Positions 21,812 through 32,700 of a DNA stretch of 46,211 nucleotides are shown here, one piece after another (position 1 is the stretch's first letter; the number at the start of each line of letters is the position of its first letter). Source of the stretch: Klebsormidium nitens (taxonomy: Eukaryota; Plantae; Klebsormidiophyceae); assembly GCA_000708835.1 (NCBI GenBank), contig DF237605.1:1-46211 (forward strand), written 5' to 3'. Under the pieces are notes generated by a model. It ran no database searches. It was given only the letters and a program-made list of their open reading frames with translations, and was not told the DNA's origin. A program made the translations under genes and the position numbers.

Positions 21812-24800
21812 ATGGCGTTGAAGGCAAAAGCAACCGAGCAGCTAGAGGCGAAGGTCAAGGCGCTTGGCAAGCTCCCGGAAAATCGGGCGTGCATCAATTG
21901 TGGGAGCAAGGTAGGCAGTCCACCTAACCTACTGTGGCGCAGCATTCAATCACAAATTAACGGTTTGCCTCTAAACATGCGCTCATCAGGAGAGGGCGCT
22001 TATTCTGAAACAGGGACAGACCTTACCAATGTACGCAGATTGGTGAGCGGTGGCATTGCCCCCGGTGGCCGATAGAGAAGGCCAAAGAGCGATGGTTCTC
22101 TTGGTGATGCCAGACTTGGCAATGCTGACCGATCCTGCTGTTTGCAGGGGAGTCAGTCAGTATGCACGACCTTCTCGACCTTTGTCTGCATTCCCTGCAG
22201 CGGTGTCCAGTAAGTCTCGCTGTGATCGCCCACCCAAAGAATGCATGTTGTCATCCTCACATCCTAGTAGGCCCTGCCTTTCTGATCCTTACGGAATCTG
22301 CACTTTCTGCTTTTCTGGCGTCAGCATTGCATTGCCCAAACCATTTTGTCAGATGCAGAGCGGAATTGATGATGAAGATTCCTAAAGTCTAAAAACCACC
22401 ATGGCTAGTGGCAAGGGAACTCTGCACTCACACATCTGTCCAGACTCCGCAAGCTCACATTCCTGACCTGCTCGTTTTGTGCCAGCCGAGAGTTCACGCA
22501 CCGCATCAAGTCCATGTCCATGTCGTCCTGGACCTCTGACGAGGTCCGAGCGTTGGAGGAGGGCGGCAATGAGGTCAGCGAGTTGTCCCGCAAACCCAGA
22601 TGTAACATTTGGATTAAAGGAACTTTTCGGAAAAGTCAGACCGCTTTCTGCTGGCATTGTAAAATGTCAATCTGGCTCGGACTGTGCTTTGGCAGAGTGC
22701 ACAAGTCCAGGCCCCCATGTAGTGCTGACTCGATAGAGCTGTCCTCAAGGTCGCCGTTGCTTGTACCTGTTTTTGCACTCAGGCAATGATTCAATTCCGA
22801 TTGAAGCCATCAGAGCTTGGACGTTTTGCAGAGAAGCTCCATGCCCTTTTTCACCTCCTGTGCTCTCCCATTGATCTCCACCTCCCTGGTTGCCGGCAGT
22901 ATTATCGACAGGCTATCTTGTCTCTATGACTTCATATCGACGTTGGCCCTCCTCTGTTTCCAGACAGCACGTCAGATCTACTTCAAAGACTGGGACCCTT
23001 CCAAGTTCCCAATGCCAGATAACAGGTGAGGTCGAATTGGGGGGTCTCTGTGGTGTGCGCTTAAAGTGGTATGGCATTCTCATGATGGGGGTGTGATCAT
23101 TCTTGTACCCGTGCCGCCATTTGAGCATGCAGGGTGTCTCACCAGTGGGGTTTGTGGCACAGCAACCCGGAGAGGCTACGGTCCTTCATCAAGGCGGTTT
23201 ATGTCGACAAGCGCTTCACTGGGGAGTTGCATGTGTCCAACATTCGAGAGCGGAGAGCGGTGAGCGGTGGAAGGAATTGGACAACTCGAATCTGTTGAAT
23301 TCAGGGATGTGGAGTCTTGCAATCGCTGTGGTTCTGGAGATCCTTTGCAATCTGAGCCCCGAAAGCAGCAGCTATTGCAAAGCCCAATGCTGCTACCAGG
23401 ATTTCAAATTGCCATGCTAGTATATCAGCGACAATTCAGTTCCTTGTTAATCTCCAGATGTCAGTATTACCTGACCATGTCCTTCAATGCTTTTCACTGG
23501 ATCCTCGGAAGTATCTGATAAGAGCAGTCCGGGAGAGCATCTGACTAAATGCTGCTTCTGAGGAAACTGCCTGGGTTGTTTCGTAGGCCTCCTTGTAACA
23601 CTCCCTTCTGACAAGTCTCTAATTGCCCTTGCAGTCGGACCCCGACCCTCGCGAGGCTCCCAGCCCGCAGCACAGTGCAGGGTACTCTCCTCGGGATCGC
23701 TACTCGCCGCGCGAGGCAGACAGGTACAGTGGCTCAGGCCGGGAAGGCGGCAACAAGGAGAGCCCCAAAGAGAAGCCCAAAAAGCGCGGCATCTTTGGGC
23801 GTTTCTCGGGGTCCCCTCGGACGTCTGACGACCGCACTCCGCGCACATCCGACGAGCGGTCCTCCCGCCGTGGCTCCGAGGAGAGGAGCCAGAGCGCTGA
23901 GCAGTCACCCAGGTGGGATAGTCGCCCCCCCTGGCGACCTGCCGTGATGCGCTGAGCCAGTCGCTCGCCTTACGAAGGAGGCCTGGTTCTCTTGAAGGAT
24001 TGCACAACCGGCAGACGGCCGTGAGAAGTTGCGACGTGTTGGCACGCACCATGCCTGAGCGTGCAAGGATGGAATGGGACCATCTCGGAAAAAGGCCCAT
24101 CAAGGAAGTTTTCCCAATCCAGACAGGATCGTCGCCTCGACTAACGTGCATCGACCGGATTCGACCCTTCTCGAAGGTATCTTTCTATGAAGTCCGTAAT
24201 CTTTCCACAGGGTCGACTACCGCGGTGGTCGCGACGTGCGCGGCAGCTTTGACAGCGAGAAAGATCGCAAGGCGGATGTGGGGCGAGGGGTGCGCCCTTC
24301 CTGGCGGGACGAGCGGCCGCAGTCTCCGCCCATCCCAGTCGTGCCCCTTGAATCGGTCTTGGGGCCAGACACACCCAAGCTCAGAGTGGGGCCTGATGCG
24401 TACTCCAAGGACGGGCCGACCTCGCCGGTGAGAAGGGGCGTCTGTATCGGCTTTTGAAACCGAGTACTTGGATGTCAGCGAAGACATCACCAGAGCACCA
24501 GAAATCTGATCTAGCATCTCCGCATCGTCAATACTTTTTGCATGCGGAATTCGGCAGGCTGCAGGGAGGTCCTACTCCCCCTCAATATCAGGATCATGGC
24601 CAACGAAGTCCCCAATGTAGCTGTCGCTCCCGATAAGTCACCGTGATCTATTTTGAGTTCTGACTACTGCAGCCGTTTGTCCAGCTTAAGACACTGTTCT
24701 GGCGCTGATTGTACTCACCTCCACTCTCATCCGGCCAGATCCCTCGTCGTGGCCCCGCTGGCAAAGGCGGCGCACTGGAGGAGGCCGGCTCGGGGCGCAC

Positions 24801-27460
24801 CCACAAACGGGAGCCGTCGACCGCTCTCATTGACTTCAACTTTGACGACGAACCCGCTGCGGCTGCCCCCAGCACGACCGCTGCAGATCCGTTTGGAAAT
24901 GCTGCGCCTCCCAGCGAAGCCGCCACGGCGGGATGGGCCACATTCGGTGATGCACCCGCGTTTGAGGCTGCAGGACCCTCAGGTGTGTGTTGCGGGGCGC
25001 TGTTCCGCTTACAAGTACTTCGAGCTGGGTTTATGGCTGACTAGCATCGGTCCATCTATGTTTTGCTTGCATTTAGGATCCTGCATATAAGACGCATGCC
25101 ACAAGAAAATGTGCAGATATAAGGGTTGCTACCGCATGAGCCGGGGCCATCCAGCATCTGCCTCTGCAGTCCATGATGGGATATGTTGTGTGCTCGTTTG
25201 TCAAACAACGAGGTCGTAATTCCTGTGCAGGTAATGGTTTCGGAGATACGAACGCGGGTTGGAATGCTGCCGGGCCCACCTCTCAGGTGCCCGCTTTTCA
25301 GGCCCCCGCAGGGCCCGGCGCACCCCATGGCAGTGGAGACTGGAACACTTTCGGCGCTCAGCCGCCGCAACAACAGGTGAGGGCCCTGAGGCGACTGCCG
25401 ATGCCGCTGCATGCGACTTACTCTTCCGCACGGACCCACGACATGCAATAGTTGGCAATGGATGGTTGGGCAATAGGAGCGGACGAGGCCCTGAGATGCA
25501 AGGAAGGTTGAGTAGGTGCTACTTGTTGCTGAGTCGACCTCTGAGGCGACAACATCTGCGGGTATAGCTTTTCTGCAGGTGCCTCTATAGTGCAGTTTGG
25601 GACAGTCCGTATGGGTCGCAATGTTTGCGGTCGGAGAAAGATTCGGAATCCACGCTTGCCAGCAGGACTGCAACTGGATCATTGAACTTACGTTCAGCCG
25701 CTGGTTCCGAGGCACTGACGCCCCCTTTTGCTGCTACTTTTGCAGGGTGCCTGGGGCTTTGCGCCTCAGCCGCAGCCTGGTTTCGCCCCCTTCCCTGCAC
25801 AGTTTGGCGGCTACCCCCCGCAGCAGGGCTTCGCCCACCCCGGCCAGTTCGACACCTTCCCCCCTGCCCAGGGCTTCCCCCCGCATCAGAACCAGGGGCT
25901 GCCGGCAGGCATGTACCCCCCTGCGCAGTACTCTGCCCAGCCCCCCCACCAGGCCCACGCTCCGGGCCCGCAGGGCGGGCAGGCGAATGGTGTTGCGGCG
26001 CCACAGGGGCCGCCCTCGACGTCGGGGCCTGCGTCCACAGGAGGGGGGGTCAGCAAGCTGGGCGCGCTGCCAGATGTGAGTCTGCGACTCAGCACCTTTT
26101 GTTTGTAATGAGGTAGCGGATCTTGCGGGGAGCGGTTGGGCGTCTGCCCAAAGCCGTAGGCTGCTTACCGTGTGTTTGAACGGGTCGCTTGTCCGCCATT
26201 CGATCCGTCTTCTTGATTCCCATGCACCCGTTCGTGTGCAAGATGCCCTGGCTGGTTTGCACTCTGGTGCAGCCACTGTGCTCGGCACCCGACTTACAGC
26301 GACCACTCCGCTTTCGAGTGGTTGATTCCGCCCTTCCGCTTTGGGATTGGCCCGATTACGGCCCCAAGACAAATCTCGAAGTCGCTTCTCTTTGTCCCTG
26401 TCCAAAGTGGCCCTCCTACGTCCCTGCCCCTCACATCTTCGTTGTCTCTGCGCCGCCAGGACCTGTTCTCTGACAAGGGCGGCCCGCCCGCCGTCGCCAA
26501 CGTGTACCAGCCCCAGCAGTATGCCGCATATGCCGCCCCGCCACCGCAGTACGCCCCCATGGTGAGCATGTAACAATTGGAACTCGTCGCAGGGCCTCTT
26601 AAGGGCGACTACAGATGGGAAGGCTGCAATCGTCAGCAGCCTCCAGTTTGAGAGAAGAGTATTGGATTCTGAGTGATTAGCAGCCTCCAGTTGAGGGGCT
26701 GCTAATGTCGTGCATTCTCTTTTGATAAGGTCCCGTGTTCTCCATAAAGGCAGCTACATTTCGGAGACAGCTGATAGCAACTGCATGAAAGGTGCCCTAC
26801 TTTGTCCTCAATGCATTGCTCAAGTTTTGCTGTCGTTTTGCGTCACATGGTTGGTTTCTGGAGATTCTGGGCAGAAAGATTGTGTTAGTTGGCGAGGTTT
26901 GCAAGCGTGAGCTCGGTGGGAGGTCGTCAATGGTCTAGTCGTGATCTCATATTCACGCCTGCTCTGCCCCTCTCTCCCAGCCGCAGATGCCAGGTTACGC
27001 GGCCCCGCCCAAAAGCCGCAACCCGTTTGACGACCCCCCACCATCCGGCCCCGGAGGCGGCCCGCCTGTAAGCATTGTTCCTGCCAATGTGCGAGACAGG
27101 CCACCACGTGGCAGCTGCCCGGTTGCACGGGCATTCTTGCACAGTTGATCTAGCATTCCCTCCAGATGTTATGGTTTGAAACCGCACGCTTGGTCGTCCA
27201 CTTTGCCTTCCTTGTGTCGATTCTTTTCCTCTGTATTGAAAGCCACGGCTGTCTGAGATACTCCAGACTTCTGAATTTGAGTAACTCTCTTGCAGGCCCA
27301 GCCGTTCAACTTCGGCCCTCTGTCGAGCGCTCTGCCCAACCTAGGCCCTCCTAGCTTTGGCCTGGCAGGATCGCAGGGCGCCCCAGGTGCCAAGCCAGCT
27401 TATGGGGGCGGCCCGCTGGGACCGACTGGTTTCTCGCAACAGAACTTCGGGCCACAGTAA
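21812..27460 (+). CDS. ArfGAP domain protein, AGFG/HRB-like (plant NIG/AGD14-type), with FG, NPF and endocytic motifs, ~658 aa, 13 exons
   Basis: Exons 21812-21910, 22148-22209, 22486-22573, 22964-23025, 23163-23259, 23635-23912, 24211-24427, 24739-24982, 25231-25376, 25746-26075, 26460-26561, 26981-27067, 27296-27460. Zinc finger CINC-x16-CIPC followed by SGVHR (Arg finger); HRIKSMSM; EGGNE; FIKAVYVDKRF. The low-complexity tail has LIDF, DPF, WATF, WNTF, NPF and many FG dipeptides. Confidence 0.92.
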
Positions 27461-28429
27461 GGACTTTATAGCAGATTTAACAAGAGAAAAGTTGCGTATG
27501 TGATGAAAGGAGGTTCTCATGTGGGCGCTCTTTGGCTCGAAGCTTGACAATCATCATTTCAAGTTCCTATGCATGTGCCTAGCAAACGCAAGCATGGAGC
27601 TCGGACCTATGAGTCGCCCAACAGCCTGAATGAACATACTCTCTGCTCTTCCGTGATCGCAGGTTTGGGTACAACACGGCAGGTGCTGGTCCGTCTAGTC
27701 ACGGTGGGTCTCCATCCGCAGCGGCATCTCAGGGCGGACTTCATGGGAACCCGTTTTAAGACAAGTTCTGTGCCAAATAGACCACTTTGACAAACGTTTC
27801 GTTTTGCGTAACTTGGATGCTGCTCCACATTTTCCATAGAATTCAGCAATATCGTCCAGGATCCGCAATCAGCATCTTCCGGCTTCTATAAACAGACAAA
27901 CAATCTGGTGAGTCAAGCAGTAAAAGTGCCATACTTGCATTGCGCTGGGCAAGTTAAGATTTGCACCCGGGTTGAAGTACGTAAATTTGAGTTGTCTAAG
28001 TCAACACCTACCTTTGTTTGTAGCATGTGCATGTGCATGATTCATGTGTTTCATGGACCGCATGGACGTCCTTAGCTTGCACCAAAAGCGATCGACGACG
28101 GCTCGACCGTTGTTTACATTACAGGCATGAGCATCAAAGGTCTTTAATGATGGTCTCTCTTCGCTCGCGCCGTAGCCCATATGCCCATGGATGCACATGT
28201 TCTCAGAATCCCGCACAACTTTCTGCGATGACAAGTACGGTTTTGGTGAATCAACAGTCGCATGTTGCAGCCTGCAAGTGTAGCATGGTACTATTAAACC
28301 TACGAGGCTACATCTTTTGCGGCCGCGCCAGACTGAAAATTGCTCACCATGAAGAAGTCCAGGCCGCGCGCCCCAGGGACCGGCCCGGGCGGCCGCGGCG
28401 TGGACGGTTGACCTAGAGTCTAGACTCTA

Positions 28430-29216
28430 CACCCCGATTCACAAGTTTTGTAACCTAACCCGGATGACGTGGCAACTTCACCGGGTTACGGTTAACACAT
28501 TATTGGGTTGTGTCCTTTGACCTGACCAAATTAAGCACAACCCTATATAGTATAAATTAGGCCACTAATGTGCCAGCATTTGCGCCAGATCATGGCCTCT
28601 TGACGCCTCTGGCTCTGGCTCTGGCGTAGTCCGTAGCCGAGCTGACCGGACGCCAAGCGCGAGGTCGCGGGTTCGAGCCCGACTCCATGCATTTTTTGCT
28701 TTTTTGCATGGATCACTTTTTGATGGGCAAAACTCGCGTGCTTCGCAAAACGGTCCGTTACCCATGGATTGGGGTTAACACGAGGCCCCTGGAATTTAAA
28801 ATGCGAAGCTTTCCATCATCAACGAAACCCGCGCGGCGGACATGTGACTTTGTACGCCCGCCACCGGCTTTCGAGTACGGTTCTTCCAGCGAAAGCCGAT
28901 GGGGAAACACAACAAGCCATTGTGTTCACAAAGCACCATTGGAAGGAAGAAGAATCCATTTGAGGTGTCAAGAATGGAGCCTTACCGCACAAGGGTCACC
29001 ACAATTCGTGGCAAAAATAAGGCCATTTGGCACATGTCCTAGTATTTTATTGTCATTTTTGTATTGGCCACCTCACATCAACTTTCAAGGTGCTTGCACC
29101 TCAAACATCTCATAATAGGGGTTGGCTAATTTTCCAAATTTTGAAACCAATTGAGAATGGCCTCAATTGCCCGTAGGGTTAATAAGTCCACGTTATAAAA
29201 CTTGTGAATCGGGGTG
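28430..29216. mobile_element. Non-autonomous DNA transposon (MITE), 787 bp, 25-bp TIRs, TA target-site duplication
   Basis: Left TIR CACCCCGATTCACAAGTTTTGTAAC (28430-28454) and right TIR GTTATAAAACTTGTGAATCGGGGTG (29192-29216) match at 24/25 as reverse complements. TA flanks both ends (28428-29, 29217-18), and the empty site would read TCTAGA. No transposase ORF. Tc1/mariner-like by TSD, or CMC-like by its CAC start. Confidence 0.85.
28615..28712 (+). ncRNA. Putative tRNA-like RNA polymerase III cassette (A-box, B-box, oligo-T terminators) inside the MITE
   Basis: A-box-like TGGCGTAGTCC at 28622-28632 and B-box GGTTCGAGCCC at 28670-28680, preceded by the tRNA-like GAGGTCGCG. Two T6 runs at 28692-97 and 28700-05. 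It does not fold into a canonical cloverleaf by eye. Confidence 0.4.
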
Positions 29217-29302
29217 TAGACGTATCAATCTCTATGTCTCCTCATGTTCCCGCTCTAGTTGCTGATCGGTGCAAGGGCCATGACTTGGGCCTTGAACTTA
29301 CC

Positions 29303-29587
29303 GTAGTCCAAGGTAATGATTCCGAATAAATAAATAATTATTTGCATTCGGAAAGTGAGAAATTCGGATTTCTCATTCGGAAAGTGGAAATTCGGAAAGG
29401 TTAAATAATTCTAGAATGGTCCTCGGAAGCCCCAAAACGGCAAAAATCAGCCTTGAAATCCCCTTTCTACTGGGAACATAGGGCATTCGGATTGTTGTCG
29501 GAATCTGCATAAATAATTCCGCTTTCCAGGTCGGATTGTCGGAAATAATTCGAAATAAAATCGTTCGGAATCATCACGTTGGACTAC
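29303..29587. mobile_element. Second MITE-like element, ~285 bp, 24-bp imperfect TIRs, internal TCGGA repeats
   Basis: GTAGTCCAAGGTAATGATTCCGAA (29303-29326) and TTCGGAATCATCACGTTGGACTAC (29564-29587) match at 22/24 in inverted orientation. AT-rich interior with 10 same-strand TCGGA copies. TSD not established. Confidence 0.7.
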
Positions 29588-29721
29588 CACCCGGCCCCGG
29601 CTTGCTAGGGGCCGGGCGGCCTTGCAAGTTGCATAACATCAAACTTCGAAGCTTCTCACATCACCAGACTCAGAGTTGGACGGTGAGGCGAGTTGGGGCG
29701 CTGCCACCGTACCAAGCTGGC

Positions 29722-32700
29722 ATGGGGGATTCGTTGGTGACAGCCCTCGGGGCTGGCATTGCGTTTCCTCCAACTCTGGGTACTGGATACACGGCGGTGG
29801 ATGCCAAGCGATCCAGATTGGGGGAGGCTGCCGACAGTCGGTCGTCACTGACTCCTGTATCCAAGGTTTTGAAATCAGACTCAAGGCTCCTTCACTCGTC
29901 TTTCGTCGACCGCTCCCTGAGCACCACCCTGTTTGCCGCCCCCACCACCAGCGGGAGGACTGATCCACACACTCCAGCCCTGCATGGGAAGCCCCACTTG
30001 AGAAGAAGGCGAAATGGGCTCATAGTCAATGCTGCAGCAAAGACCCTGATTGGGTCCATATCTGTGAACACGGCAGAGAATGTTGCGGCGTCCCTGGCCA
30101 AATCGTCGGTGGTGCCAGGCGAAGTCCTGCTAGCGGCAGAGGGGCTGGTCAAGACGTTCGATGGAGACCGTTACCTGTTTCAAGATCTCAATCTGACTGT
30201 AGCGTAAGTCGCTGGTCCATAAACGTCGTGCTTCTTCTTTCTTCTATCTGAGCCAAGTCGAATGCCAGCAACGCCGCGGTAATGGCGTCGTTCGTTTCTG
30301 CGTGACAAGATTGTCTGTGTTGGCTCCTGTTGTCACTTAGTTTGTTACTGCCCCATTGTCCTGTGAATGTGATTTTGGCACCATGCTTGTGCAACTCCCG
30401 ACACTGAAGTCAGCACTCTATGGTGTTCATTTTTCTTTTCCAAATTCGCCATGTAGAGCCAGGCACCCATTTCCTCTATGCTGACTTGCAGGCGAGGCCA
30501 GAAGATTGGGCTAATTGGCCACAATGGGTCTGGGAAAACAACCCTCCTGCGGATTCTGGCCGGCCGCGAGAAGCCCGACCAAGGATCAGTGCAGCAGCGC
30601 AAGCAGATCAATGTGGGCTTCCTAGAACAGGTGCGGATGTTCCTTTGGTGTCAGCGCAATGTCAAAAAGGAGCAGAAGTTTGAATGATGAAACCCTTCAG
30701 CTTGAGAGCTGCTAAGAGGATTGTGTGCCTTGTTCGCCACACCTGCCATTGTTCCAAGAGTTTGGAAACCTAGCGCACTCTGTGTAGCTTTCGAGAAACA
30801 ACCACCGAAACATGGCGTTGTTGAGAGACTTCGTGCACAGTTCTGTCAGTTGACAGTTGAACTTAACCAAGTTATGTTGCCATTGTCCACCAAGAGTTGC
30901 CCTCTTGCCCGCCAGCTGTCTAAAGTCATAGCCCGAACGCGTTGAAACGTTCTTTCCTCCAATCGGCGCCCATCATTCAAGGCTGCTCTCTTGCATTGGC
31001 TTCTTCTGAAGCTTGGCTCCTTCTCCTTGCGCAGGAGCCTCCCATGGATGGCGAGGCCACCATTTTGGAGGCGGTCATCTCCGCGGACACTCCCCTGATG
31101 GCAGCCGTCCGGCAGTACGAGAAGGCGGCCGCCAGCATGGCCAAGGGCAACGGCGCGGCGGGCGACAAGCAGTTCCAGGCGGCCATGGAAAAGATGGACG
31201 CACTGCAGGCCTGGGACGTGGCCAGCGAGGCGCGCCAACTGCTGGACGTGCTCGGGGTGGGCTTCTACGACCAGCGGGTGAGAGACAGCGGAAGAGGCGC
31301 TGACGAGGGTGTAGATGACAAGATGTAGAGGCTGACGACTCGCTTCCCTTTGGACTCCTGGAGCCAAGATGGCCCCAGACAGGCCGTCTGGTTGTTAAGA
31401 ATCAGAAGACTTTACTGTTCTGTGGCTAGTTCTGTGGTCCCACTTTTGTTGGCGGTCTTGCTGATGGTGCAGCTTGCACTTAGACGCAGATGTTGGCTGT
31501 TTGCTCCTTGGCTGGAAGTGATCATATTGATAGCTAAGTATACGGCTTCAGATCTTTGTTGTCTGCTGTGGACAATTGTGAAGTCCCTCGCTTACTGCAC
31601 CTGGCGCCCACTGCACATTATGGGACACAGTGCTTCTCATGCAGAGTCATTGGTGGTTCCTTTTTGTGATATGTCTCTTGGCAAAAAAGTTTGTTATTTA
31701 TAAGTTATTTATAAGTTTGTTTGCGCTTGTTCTTATGTTTGCTTGAAAGATTCGTCTTTCTAGCAGTCCTCTGATTGACTTGGCGTCCTCCTTGATTTCA
31801 CGACTTGTCTTACAGTATGATTCTTGTATCATGGGGCAGAAGTCATCATTTGCATTGGCTGCTCTTTGCTCTGGACACTGTGTGGGTGGGGTTCGATGAT
31901 GAAGAAGCGCTATAAAGCAGATTGAGCGGCAGAAATCCTGTCGTGCTGACATCATACCAAGCTTCTACTGCCTTCCTTCTGAGACCCATCCATCGTTAGA
32001 CTTCTTTTACAAGTGGGCTTCAAAATGGTTATTTCATTCCCTTAGTGATCTGGATGCAAGGCCAGTGATGCTTATTACAAGCATATATCTGAGTGGTTTT
32101 CCCACGCTAATGATACATTTTACTGAGGCCTTGTCTCCAGATTTGCTGAATTGCCAATAGTGGCCTTGAACAATAATTCTTGCCTAGCCTTCTATCATCT
32201 TGACCACTTTTGCTTCGTTAATCTTGCGGACATGCAGAAGTTGGTTGAAGTGCATTTCAGCACGCATTCCGCATCATTGTCTGCGGATTATCTGTCTGCT
32301 TGCAAACGGTTCATCTACATTGGGGTCTGATACACCGTTTTCTTTCGAAATGCGCAAACTTGCTTAGCTCACGATTGGATCCGCCCTGCTCGCGAGCGCA
32401 GGTGTCCAGCCTGAGTGGCGGCCAAAAGAAGCGCGTGGCGCTTGCCGCGGCGCTGCTGGCGAAACCGGACCTGCTGGTGCTGGACGAGCCGACCAATCAC
32501 ATGGACGTGGAGGCCATCGAGTGGATGGAGCGCCTGCTCGGGGCGTCCACCCTCACTGTGCTCCTCGTGACGCACGACCGCTACTTCCTGGACCGCGTCT
32601 CCAACGAGATTGTCGAGATCAGCGCGGGGAGGGCCTACAGCCACAGCGGGAACTACAGGTGGGGGCTGCTTTGGTCGCAGATCAATCGACTTGTTATTTG

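Noticed and set aside
28370-28425. Helitron 3' end (GC hairpin followed by CTAG), also near 38758-38794
   Set aside because: Neither CTAG is followed by the expected T, and no 5' TC end or Rep/helicase remnant was found.
28615-28690. Functional tRNA gene
   Set aside because: The acceptor, D and anticodon arms do not pair as a cloverleaf; kept only as a tRNA-like Pol III cassette.
29536-29721. ORF-track N-terminal extension of the ABC-F protein from a TTG at 29536
   Set aside because: Begins at a non-ATG codon inside the second MITE; the first ATG is 29722.
31350-31703. Hydrophobic 117-aa ORF in ABC-F intron 3
   Set aside because: T-rich intron composition explains the hydrophobicity; no motif or splice support.
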